Source of the DNA: Diplonema japonicum
Taxonomy: Eukaryota > Protista > Euglenozoa: Diplonemea
NCBI GenBank assembly: GCA_964019335.1
Contig: OZ025726.1
Coordinates: forward strand, 124,001 to 188,000
Direction of reading: 5' to 3'
DNA length: 64,000 nt
Position 1 is the stretch's first letter. The number at the start of each line of letters is the position of its first letter. Both the position numbers and the translations under genes were made by a program. The notes below the pieces were generated by a model. It worked only from the letters and a program-made list of their open reading frames with translations. It searched no databases and had not been told where the DNA came from. Positions 35,659 to 46,400 of the stretch are shown one piece after another.

Positions 35659-38600
35659 TTATTTATTTATTGCAATGCTGAAGCCGTCGTCGCTGTCAGA
35701 GTCGTCCGGTGCGCCAACGCGCTCTGCAGCGCGCTTTGCTTTTTCGAAGTTTGAGGAGACAGCGGGGGTGGCCCCAACCTTCTTCTCCGGGAGGACGATT
35801 TCTTTCAGACCACCAGAGGCGTATTTGGGCGCAGCAGGAAGCTGTGGCTTACGAACGTGTTTTAAAGCCAGAAGCTTGTTTGCCCCATTGTTGGAGGAAG
35901 GTGCTGGTACCGGCTTCTGGACAGGTTCAGGAACAACCAGGGGGGTAGGCGTAGGCGTAGGCACTGAGTCCTGCACAGGAACTGACAAGGGGGTTGGGGT
36001 AGGAAGAGGCTGCATCATGTCTACTGACGATTGGGTATCGTGCGTGATCAGTCCATCCTCAACAGGCTTGTCCATCTCATCTGCGTGCCTCCCATCCACC
36101 TCCCACCAGTCTTGTTCTTTCTCTTTCTCTTCTTCTTTCTCGTCAGGTACCGGCCCTTTTTTCGTCTCCTTCTTTTCCTTCCTCGGCTTCTTCTCCGCGA
36201 CTTGTGTGATCTCCGCCTTCCGCTTCCTCACGGCGACTGGTGCCTTCGCTTTCGCGTTCAAAAGCGGTTTTGCGGGTGTTGTGCTCACAGGAGGCATCGC
36301 AACATCAGGCTTTTCGTTCGGAGCTTCAACGTACCTCAAGCCGCCCAGGGCATCCAGTGGTTCGTCGGCTTTCGGTGCAATTGGTGCGAAGAAGGAATTC
36401 GTCTTCCCGATGAGAGGTGCGGGGTTGTTGGCGCGTTCCACAGGTTCCATCTCAACGTCGATCGATGTGGGCATGGGAGCGTCATCACACACAGGGACAG
36501 GGTCCTGTGCCTGCGATAGCATTTGCGACTCCGCATCGGCGAGTCGTGTGCGGAGATCCTTCTCTGTCTCTTTGAGCTGCTTCACCCAGCTGGTCAGCTT
36601 CTCTTCTTTGTTCTGCTTCGGTTTGTCGGGCAAACGGTTCTTCCTTGTTTTCTTCGCGCCAAACTCGCTTTCAAAGACCCTCCGCATCTTACCGTAGAGC
36701 CTCTCCTCACTTTGGTCGTACGCGATCTGCATAGCTGCTTCGAGATGGTCTTTCATGTTGAACATGGTGGCCAAGTCAAGGGCTCTTGTGGTGGACGTCT
36801 GGCTGCTGTTCAGCGTTTCTTTGAAGAGAGTTGTCAAGATGTTATCCTGCTTCACCTCGAGCTTCGCGATGTCGGCGGTGTAGCACTGGGCACGTGCTTT
36901 CTTCTCGTCGAGTAGGAGATTTGTGTATATGTTCGCACCCTCCTTCTCCGGCCATGGGGCAGGTCGATCTGTCAGCACGGGTGCCCCGAGCTGTCGCCTT
37001 ACGACGGTGTGATCGTCGACCCTGGGGTCGGGGCCTACACCGTGGGTCACCACGACACCAGACAGGACGCCGCTTCTGATGTTCAGCACGTGGAGTCTCT
37101 CGAAGGTCTGGGTTGCTTTGGGGTCGTAGACAGGTATCCACGAGGCGCCGAAGTTACTGGACAGCACTCGTATGACCTGGTTCGAGTCCTGTACAGCCAG
37201 CATCCCCTCGTCGGCCCATCCCATCCATGTCACAGTACTGTCCTTCGACAGCGGAACAGGCACCCCACTACGGACAGCCGCCTTCGTCGACAGGTTCCAC
37301 ATGTTCACCTCGACCTGCCCTGCGTTCTCGTGGGCGTAGGCAATCGTGTCTTGTGGGGCGAAGTTCAGAGGAATGTCGCCGCAGACGGGGTTCATGGTGG
37401 CCTCCATCCCAATGCTGCAGATCACACGGTGCGGGAGAGAGATGATCATCGAGGCTACACCAGAGTGGCGGAACACCCTCATGTACTGGTCGGTGAAGCA
37501 GACGGCCCACAAGTCACCCAGGGCCACGGCTTGGGGAACTTCGTTGGTAAGGGTGTGGGTCCAGTCGGGGTTGGTCCCCCATGAAATCACGGAACGATAG
37601 GTGAGGCGATTGGAGTGTTCCGAAGAAGCCGTTGACGAGGCAAGAAGCACACCGTTCCTGCCGAGGCACGCCATAGAAAGAGGGGCTTCGGTCTTGTGGT
37701 CAGAGAATCTAAGAGTGGAGTACTTTGCCTTGTCGTAGAAATTCACAACGATATGTGTAGCGTCCTCAGTGACAGTGTTTCTGACGTAGCCGATCTTGTT
37801 CCAGCAGAGGATCCTTGCCCCTTCTGTACCAGGGTGGCCTGGTGGGGGGGTCTGTCCGATTTGGAAAGGCAGCTGCCGCTCCCTGACACGAATAGGTGCT
37901 CCCCCAATTGTGGACAACTCAGAAATATTGTCCAGGTCCGGTCTCGATGCTGTCATATGAGCAGACATGCCCTCCATGCCTGCGTCCTCCTGCATGTCTG
38001 CATCGCTGTCCTCGTCCCCTTCGTCCTCGCTCGCTTCGTCATCGAGGAAACGGTTCTTCTTCTTCTCCTTTCGGTGTACCCTCCTCTCCTCTTCACTACT
38101 GCTGTCATCGTCGTCTTCCTCGTCATCGAGATGCCCTTTAGGAAGTACGGTTGTGGTGGCGTTCTGTGATGCACCGTGTTTGGGTTTTACCGTTGCTTTG
38201 GGTTTCTTATCAGGGAGGTCGTACACCCCGCAGAGCATCTGGACTGACCCGGAGGACGTTGCAACGAGAACTGCGGTGGGTTCAGTAGGATGCCACACAA
38301 GATCGGTTATCTCTTCGTTCTCTGAACCGAGCAACGGGCGCATTCTCTCCACGACCTGCATGGTGGAGAGGTCGATGAAGGTGAGGTAGTTGAGATCGTC
38401 GAGCACGGCAATGATCTCAGATTTCGGCTGCGCAGCGATTAGATATGCTTCATGCGAGCCTTCAAGATCGGGGATTGCGATTGTAGCGGGGTTCCCTTTG
38501 CCCAATGGCTGCACGATAACCGCCTTCCCCTTCGGGTACGCGAATGCGGGCGATCCCATGACAGTGATCTCAGGGAGGGAATGTGAAATGGTCTCGTTTC

Positions 38601-39168
38601 GCTGTCTCGGCTGGGTAAGCGCATGGTCCTTACTGAACGGTTTATGAACAGGCTTTTTTGAAGACATGTCCCATGCGTATATACCCGATGTCGCACCGCA
38701 TATTAAAAAGTTTGAAGAATGCCAGGTTGTTGTCAGCACCGCCTCACCCCTGTCGAGGGGAGATGTGATTTCTGTTACAGTCTCATTTCCTTTTAAAGTA
38801 CTGAGAACCCGTAGACCGTTGTCGCTTGCAATGGCAATGTTCTCACCGCTGGGTGAGAAGGCGCACCCGTAAACAATGCAAGCAGCTTGTCTGAAAATCA
38901 CGCGAGGGGGGTGGCCGGGTTCGTATAGATTTACTACTCCGTCCTGTCCGCCAACGGCAAAGCGGCCGTCTTGTGATTTGTCCACGGCTAGACATGTTAT
39001 TTGTTCGCTGTTTCCCTCGTACTGCCTCGCCCACTTGCTCCCTTTGAAAACCATTTCAAACTCGAAAACGTTTACCATCGCGTCCGCCCCGCCGGTGAAC
39101 ACTTCCTTTCCATCTTTTGACAGGATCAGCCTTGTTGGGCCCTCCTCGTGAGAGGACACTCGTGCCAT
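35659..39168 (-). CDS. AND-1/Ctf4 (WDHD1)-like replisome hub protein
   Basis: N-terminal WD40, acidic linker, QLPFQIGQTP and RILCWNKIGYV typical of the SepB domain. Confidence 0.88.
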   Translation of the reverse strand: MARVSSHEEGPTRLILSKDGKEVFTGGADAMVNVFEFEMVFKGSKWARQYEGNSEQITCLAVDKSQDGRFAVGGQDGVVNLYEPGHPPRVIFRQAACIVYGCAFSPSGENIAIASDNGLRVLSTLKGNETVTEITSPLDRGEAVLTTTWHSSNFLICGATSGIYAWDMSSKKPVHKPFSKDHALTQPRQRNETISHSLPEITVMGSPAFAYPKGKAVIVQPLGKGNPATIAIPDLEGSHEAYLIAAQPKSEIIAVLDDLNYLTFIDLSTMQVVERMRPLLGSENEEITDLVWHPTEPTAVLVATSSGSVQMLCGVYDLPDKKPKATVKPKHGASQNATTTVLPKGHLDDEEDDDDSSSEEERRVHRKEKKKNRFLDDEASEDEGDEDSDADMQEDAGMEGMSAHMTASRPDLDNISELSTIGGAPIRVRERQLPFQIGQTPPPGHPGTEGARILCWNKIGYVRNTVTEDATHIVVNFYDKAKYSTLRFSDHKTEAPLSMACLGRNGVLLASSTASSEHSNRLTYRSVISWGTNPDWTHTLTNEVPQAVALGDLWAVCFTDQYMRVFRHSGVASMIISLPHRVICSIGMEATMNPVCGDIPLNFAPQDTIAYAHENAGQVEVNMWNLSTKAAVRSGVPVPLSKDSTVTWMGWADEGMLAVQDSNQVIRVLSSNFGASWIPVYDPKATQTFERLHVLNIRSGVLSGVVVTHGVGPDPRVDDHTVVRRQLGAPVLTDRPAPWPEKEGANIYTNLLLDEKKARAQCYTADIAKLEVKQDNILTTLFKETLNSSQTSTTRALDLATMFNMKDHLEAAMQIAYDQSEERLYGKMRRVFESEFGAKKTRKNRLPDKPKQNKEEKLTSWVKQLKETEKDLRTRLADAESQMLSQAQDPVPVCDDAPMPTSIDVEMEPVERANNPAPLIGKTNSFFAPIAPKADEPLDALGGLRYVEAPNEKPDVAMPPVSTTPAKPLLNAKAKAPVAVRKRKAEITQVAEKKPRKEKKETKKGPVPDEKEEEKEKEQDWWEVDGRHADEMDKPVEDGLITHDTQSSVDMMQPLPTPTPLSVPVQDSVPTPTPTPLVVPEPVQKPVPAPSSNNGANKLLALKHVRKPQLPAAPKYASGGLKEIVLPEKKVGATPAVSSNFEKAKRAAERVGAPDDSDSDDGFSIAINK

Positions 39169-39936
39169 TATTTTTTTAAATCTCTGGGGGGGGGGGGGGT
39201 GAAAAGAAAAAGAGGCGAAAAAAAAAACAAAGAAATAAAAAAAAAGATTTTTTCGGCGTGGCGGGGAAAGAAATAAACAGAAGAAAAAAAAGGTGGGGTG
39301 GGGGGGGGGGGGGGGGGATAAGGAGAAAAAAACGCCTAAGTATCTCTAATACCCGTATCGGAGGACAGAAAAAAAAGAAATTGTTTTTTTTTTTTTTTTT
39401 TTTTTTTTTCCCTTCTTTTTTTTTCTCTCAAAATCAATGGCAGCAAACGCTGAAATTTAGAGGAAGATTTTCGAAATTTTCTCAAAAAAAAAAAAAAAAA
39501 AAAATCCCCTTACTAGCTTCCTTAGAGCAAGTCCAGGATTGACCAGACAGGTTTTTGAGATATGGGGCGTTATAAAGACACAAAAAGAGAAAAAAAAAAA
39601 AGGTGTTTACACAAAATAAAAAAACGGTAAAAGTAAAAATAAAAAAGAAATTTGACAAGCGGGGAGGAGTAATGGATATGGGGGGGGGGGGGGGGGGGAG
39701 AGCAGAGGAGAGATAGAGTAATGGGTACATAACAATACATAACAAAAAAAGTGTTTTTTTTTTTTTGAAAAAAGAAAAAAAAATAATAATAAAAAAAAAA
39801 AAGAAAAATGGGAAAAGAAGAAAAAAATACGCTCCGTGTTGCAAGAGGAAAGAACCTGGGAGGGATAAAAAGAAAAAGGAAATACAGGACACCTGCTCCT
39901 CAAGGTTCCAGCCAACCCCCCCTTTTAACACGGGAG

Positions 39937-39976
<40 letters not shown>

Positions 39977-40044
39977 GAAAATTTGTTGAACCTTATTATC
40001 CCTTGAAAAGAGGTTTATTGGTATCAAAAGTACAATACAATAGC

Positions 40045-40080
<36 letters not shown>

Positions 40081-40121
40081 AGACATTTAAGGGTACCTGC
40101 AGTATGTGGCAGGACGCCTAA
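40081..40121. repeat. ~45-nt hairpin repeat, subfamily 1
   Basis: agacatttaagggtacctgcagtatgtggcaggacgcctaa. Confidence 0.85.
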
Positions 40122-40659
40122 GAAAGAAGAAGACAATATAATAGAGAAAGAGAAGAGAAAAAAAAAAATATGCCTCATTTACTTACTGCAATAACTCTCC
40201 ATTTTGTTTCCCTCCCCTAGTTGATGCAAGGGCTTTCAGAACGGAGATTTTTTGGTGTCCATTGTCTGCTGAGACATGAAACGGGGGGGGGGAAAAAAAA
40301 AAGAAAATATAAGAGGGGCCTGGCGTTGTTCGCGCTGAGAGAAAACCTGGAGAAGTTTATAACCCGTTTTCATGTTACCAACGTCTCCCTTTTTGTTTAG
40401 ACAAATCAAAGACGCGTTCTTAAAAGAAGGGGGTACCCCCCCCCCCCCCCCCCCATTCAGGAATCTGATTCGTTCCCTTTTTTTTTCCCCCCCTGTTTCT
40501 TCTTTTTTTTTTTCTTTTTTTTTTTTCTCTCATTTTTTTGTCATCCTTTCTTCGTTTTTGTTGCTCCTTTTTTCCCCCCCCCCCTTACATTACACACCCT
40601 AGAATCAAAAAAAAAAAAATTAAAAAAAAGAAAAGAAAAGAAATTTTTTAATTTTCATA

Positions 40660-40752
40660 CACTGTAAAAGTGAAAATTGTCGGACTGACAAAACCCCCGG
40701 ACGCCCAGAAAGACTCGACATTTGCCAGCCCGGGAGCTTTTCACTTTACAGC
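40660..40752. mobile_element. Possible ~90-bp MITE with CACTG-type end
   Basis: CTGTAAAAGTGAAAA and TTTTCACTTTACAG inverted repeats around a GC-rich core; single copy in the window. Confidence 0.45.
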
Positions 40753-41148
40753 AATTAATATTATCGCACTAGTCAGAAAGAAAAAAAAAAGAAAAAAAAA
40801 GAGACTTGTAGTATAGATAGGTTAATTCTTTCTCTCTCGTTTTTTTTCTTTTTTTTCTTCTTTTTTTGTTTCCCTTCTTTAAAAAAAAAAAAATAGTGAT
40901 TCTTTTGTAAAGGGTGGTCAGGGCGCAACGTTGAAAAAGGGGGGAGAAAAAACAAAGAAGAGAAGACCGGCCTGCTTCGGCCCTAAATGACCCACTTTGA
41001 GTAAAGAGTAGCCACTTGAAAAAGAAAAAAAAGGGGGGGGGGAAGTAGGAAATACCATAACTGAACAAAAGGAGAATTGCGATATTGGAGGGGGAGGGGG
41101 GATCATTCCTTTTTTGGTTTTTCTTTTCTTCTTTTTTCTTTTTTTTTT

Positions 41149-41303
41149 TCAACTGTCAATGAAGTCCACCAGAGCCGGAGGCATTCCTTCCCTATCCTCC
41201 AAATTCTTTTCCAAAATAAATTCCCTCATTGTCTGCAGCAGCGACATCGGCTCAAGTTCAACTTCGACGAAATCGTTCACATATCTATGAGATTTTTTTT
41301 TCT

Positions 41304-41361
<58 letters not shown>

Positions 41362-42492
41362 ACACACCCATCGACATGAACACATCCACCAAACGTCAAA
41401 ACAGTGTTTTTCCATTTCACAGTGGTGGGCCGGGTTCTCCCCCCGAAAGTAACTGCAGATTTTTTTTTTTTTTTTTTTTTTTTCCCCTTCCCCACACACA
41501 CCATCCTCAATGAGGGACCACTGCATCTTCCGTAGATCAAGCTGGTGTGAATCGTCAAGATACGAGAAAGAACCCCCTGTGAATATTGCCACAGTGTGGT
41601 TGTGGTAAATCGCAGTAGAACACATCCTGTGTGTGGGCGGCGGACCAGTCGGGTGCAGCTCTGTACACAACGAGGAGGACGAAGAGATGCTGAACTCAAG
41701 CACATCGTTCAAGAAGCCTGTTGAGGTGTGCGCTCGACCACCAAACACGATCATTTTCTCGCCCGGAATAACCACGGCCACGTGGTACATCCGCGCGGAA
41801 GGAGAGAAGCCTGTAACAACGTGTTCACTCCACGTCGAGGTTTTCAAATTAAACTCCCAAAGGTCGTTTTGAAGCGTTCTATCATCCTGACCACCACCGA
41901 ACACAATCATAGAATCCCGCAGCACAACGGCAGTGTGTCCTTTCCGCCCTTCCGGTATCTGGAATATATTGCTGTAAACAATTGCCTCCCAGGTGTATGT
42001 CGAGAGGTCGAGTGCCCACATATCGTTGAGCCAGTTGTCGGTTTCCTGGTTTGAAACTCCGCCGAAAATATACATTTTGCCGTTGTGGACGATGGCTGTG
42101 TGGCCTGCACGTGAGCATGGTGCGGGGGAGATTGATGGGACGGGTGCTTTTGCCCATTTTTTCGACACGAAATTGAAGAGCCACACGTCACCGAGGCACT
42201 TCGCATCCCGCCCCCCGAACACGATCATGTCGTTATTGTAGACGACAGCGGTGTGGCCGAACCTCGGGCAAGGTGCCACGCCTTTCCCTTCAGTGGGCGG
42301 TGCCTCGTATTTTTGCCTGCACACCGGTTGGAGAAACAGTTGTGGAATGCTCGCTTCCTCCTCTTCCTGTAACGACGACACGCTTGATGTGTCGTGTGTC
42401 ACCGGGCTTTCCAATACCGTACCCCACGAGCTGTTTAACGCACTGTCATAACTTGTAACCGGTGACGACACCCAACTGTTCATGGCAGACAT
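41149..42492 (-). CDS. Kelch-repeat protein, 3 exons
   Basis: Repeated PxxRxGH...FGG...ND.W units; two GTGTGT...AG introns near the 3' end. Confidence 0.9.
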
Positions 42493-42706
42493 TTTTTTTT
42501 TTTTATTTATTTTTTTATTTTGTGTGTGTGTCTTTCCCCCCCTTTTGACAAACTTGATGGGACGGAGGGAAGCAATAAGAGGGAAGGCGGGTGGTGTGTT
42601 GAGAAAAGAGAAGAAAAGAAAAAAAAAAGCTTTCGGAAGAGAGTGGAAAAAAAAAAAAAAAAAAAAACTCGATGTGATGTTTCTAACGTCAAAAACGGCG
42701 CTCCAA

Positions 42707-42837
42707 GTGGAGGGTGTTTGTAGGCACTACGACACATTGGAGTGAGCTTATACTTCTCAGACAGGCTTTTCTTAAATAACTCGCTTAGGGGAGGTGTCGT
42801 TACGCACCTAGACCCGGCCAACGGTCTTGCTGCCCAG
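42707..42837. repeat. Dispersed block-conserved repeat, copy 1
   Basis: Shares three collinear motifs with 54270-54493. Confidence 0.7.
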
Positions 42838-43415
42838 TGAAAAAAAAGATAATGCCGGAACAAAAAAAAAAAAAAAAAATCTCCCCAGAAAAAACATGGG
42901 TTTTTTTCTTCATTTTTTTTTTCTTTTTCTTTCGTGCGCCTGCCGCTAACCTCCGCAACATTGGAAAATGGAAACGAGAACCAAGAAAAAAAAACAAAAA
43001 AAAAAAAAAAGGGAGAGAGAGAAAATAGATGGGGTCAACAATATGGGAGGCGAACACGGAGGGGGAGAAAAGATCTCTTTGTTTTGGTATGCTACATGTC
43101 TGGGCGAAGACACTATGCAAAAGCGGAAGAAGAAAAAAAAAGTCAGTTTTTACGTGCAGCGGTAAAGCACTTTCAGCACGGGGGGATGGGGGGGGGGGAA
43201 GGGAGCGTATCAACGCCTCACATTTGTTTTCCCCCTCTTTTTTTTTTTCCGGATATCTCAATTATGTTACACGAGAAGGGAACAAAACAAAAACAAAAAA
43301 AAAAAGAAATCGGTTAATTTGTTATTTGTGCACAATGTTAACACTACTCTTTAAGAAAAAAAAAAGAGATGAGATAAAGGAGGTTCCTGTTTTGGAACGT
43401 CCCCCTTGTCTCTAC

Positions 43416-46400
43416 TTATCTACCCCTTTCTCCCTTCTGGGGCCTCGGCCTTTCTTTCTTTTTTGGCTGTGTTGCCTTCCTCAAAGTATCCTCCCTTTCT
43501 TCTTGCCACTTTCTGCCCAGTTTCTTAAGGTCCTTCTTGGTTTTCTCTGATGCAAAAACTGGCCTTCTGTTCCATCCCAGACTCTTCTTCGCACCTATGG
43601 TTCTAAGCGCGTGGTTCTTCTGGCTCTCCGCTGGGAAGATCCGTTTGCCTCTGACCTTCTTCTGTATGCGTGCTGTGTCCCACCCCTCTTGGATTCTTTC
43701 CAGGAGGCCGTGGAAACTCCGCGCTTTCTTCTGTATCATGTCTAGATCACCCTTCTTCCCCGTGATCGGCTCGACGCCCAGCGTGTTCTCGAAGTCTAGT
43801 ACGAGTTCCATTGTGGTGACTGTCGTCTTCCTCGGTCCATCGTACCACTTCAGCTTTTTGAGCCACTTGACGATGTCTTCACCGTGCTTCATCATCAGGC
43901 TCCCGCTCACATGCTTCCTCAGCTCCTTCCATTCAGGTGGCGCATGAGCGTTTCCTTCCGTTACCTGTTCCCAGGGGTGCGTCGTGTACGTTTCTAGCTT
44001 TCTCTTGTCCTGGAGAAGCTGGTCCCGTTTTGCCACCACTTCCAGCAGGTAGTATTGCGTCTTCCTCAGCCGGTGTTGGTGTGTTCGGTGACCACGCGGG
44101 AGCGTTCCATGTAGCTGCATGCAGATTGGCATTTCCGTCTTGCTGGCCACTACTTCTGCATGTACTTCCTTCTGTTGCACCTCCTTCGCCACACTGCATT
44201 CCCATAATGCGTGTCGCAGCATGTTGCTCTCGTCCTCCTCCGCACCGCACGCGTCGCATGTGACTTCGTCTGTTGTTGGTCTCTTGTTCACACGCTCGTG
44301 TGTCTCGTCCCCTTCCTCTTCCGAGCTGTCCTCGCTTTCGCTCTGCTCGCCCTCTGGGGGTGGTACCCGTCTGGTGATTTTGTCCTGGTACCACGCCTTT
44401 GGGTGGGTGTAGAAAACCCCTCCCGCCACGATCCTCCGGAGGTCTCTCGCTGCCATTGCTCCTTGTGGTCCGAGTCTCATCAGCTCTCGCCACAGGTCGT
44501 TCGTGCGTGGGTCTGCGCCCCGGTCTAACCCCTCCATCGAGCGTCTTCTGTCCTGTATGTGTTCCGCACGTCCCGACCTTAGCTTTTCTCGCACTACATG
44601 TGCGAATTTGTCCTTGTTCTCAGCTAGCATTTCGGTGAACTGCCCCCAGTTTGTGCTGATCTTCGGGAGCCACCGCTTCATCGCGTTGCCTATCGGGCCC
44701 AAAGGTGTCGTTCTTGTCGGGTCTTGGTACCCTTTGGCAAGTCTCTGGCACCGCTCCCACACCTCTCCCAATTTTCGTCTCGTTCTGTATATGGCTGCTA
44801 GTGCTCTGTAGGGCGCTGCTACCTCTGGGTCGTGTGTGTGTCCGCTGAACAGGTTTGACAGCACCGCCGCTGGTGATCTTGTTCTGTACCTCGGTCCCCA
44901 CAAGGCGTATGTCGCGGTTGATGTGAGCGATTTGAGGTATCCTTCCGACGGCGGCGCGAATGCAACATCATACAGACAGCTGGGTAGCACCGTTGTTCGC
45001 AGGACTTCCGCTTTCTGCCAGAAAGAGAGCTGAGTGGTCGCGAGCCTCCGTAGCGTGTCGCCCGCCGCCCTGGCCCTGGTGTTGTCCGTCTGCGTCTGAC
45101 CATCCGTGCGTATCCTCGCCCCCAGGACCTTGATCTTGTTCGTGGACCGCAGCTGCCTTCCTGCTACCTCTATCCCTGGTGCCTTCGCTCCTGCTGCGAA
45201 CACTTCGGACTTCTTCGTGTTGAGCTCCATGCCAACTATGTCGCAGAATGCGGATGCACTGTCCGTGGCTTTTTGTAGTACTTCTGCTAGTTTCGCCAAC
45301 AGGTATGCGTCGTCCGCATACGACAGAGTCTCCGCTCCCGTTCGTTCCTCCACACTCCTCATCAAGACCGCTAGTAGAGCGTTGATCATGATGATGGAGA
45401 TCGGGCACCCTTGTAGGATTCCGTTTGTGGTTGTGAACTCCTCGCCTACTCCTGTCGCGTATCTGAATCTCCTTCTGAGACCCTTGTACATCCCTTCTAA
45501 CGCTCTCAGGATACCTTTGTCCATTCCCATCCGTTCCATCAGCTTCAGCACCAGTTGTTGTGGAACTGTGTCAAAACACTTGGCGAAGTCTAGTGCGACA
45601 CCCAACAACGGTGTCTTGTCCATCGCTGCTTCCTCTATCCTGGTGCAGATGTCCATGAGAACGTCCTCTGTCCCATGTCTGGCCCTAAACCCGTGTTGAG
45701 TTTTGTGGATCCAGGATTCTTGCCATTCGAGAATATCACCAAGCCTTGTGCACGCCCATAATCTGTACACTGCCGACGTGACTGTTATGGGCCGATGCTC
45801 GAGTGGTCCTGCGTTCTTGGTCTTCGGGATAAGGGTCACCAGAGCTGTCAACGCCGACTCCGGCCATTTTCCTGTCTCCTCTACCTCATTGAGGAAAACA
45901 GCCCATGCGTCCAATATGGATACTGGTAGCCTTCGTAGCTCTGCCATCCGCCAGCCGTCTACCCCCGCTGCGCTTCTGGCCGTCTTTTTCTTCAGCACCT
46001 GCTTCAGGCGTATCCCAGTGATCGGTGTCCACACCATGTCTCTTTTTTCGATGTACGCACCGTACTCCTTCTCGAATGTTGCGTACGCGGGCTGGGGCTT
46101 GTCTCTGTATTTCGCAAAGACATGTTCCCAATGTTCCCTCATTGTCCTGTCCAATTCCTGCGGGTTTGCAATCGTGTCCTTTTCCATCTCCACAGTTGCT
46201 GTCCCCCGCTTGTCCTCGATTCCTTTCGCGCTGTCCACGAGCTCCTTCGTCTCTTTTCCTTGTTCGACTGAGTCAAGGTAGCTCCTGTGCCTTGCCGTGC
46301 GCTGTTCCTTCACCATCTCCCGTTCGCGTCTCTCCACCGCCTCTGACATGATCTCTGCATCCGCCACCATGTCCTCGATGTTGGCCTGCGTCGGGTCAAT

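Noticed and set aside
35549-36697. Long plus-strand ORFs (this one, and others such as 48487-49326 and 4585-5361)
   Set aside because: Antisense shadows of well-supported minus-strand genes.
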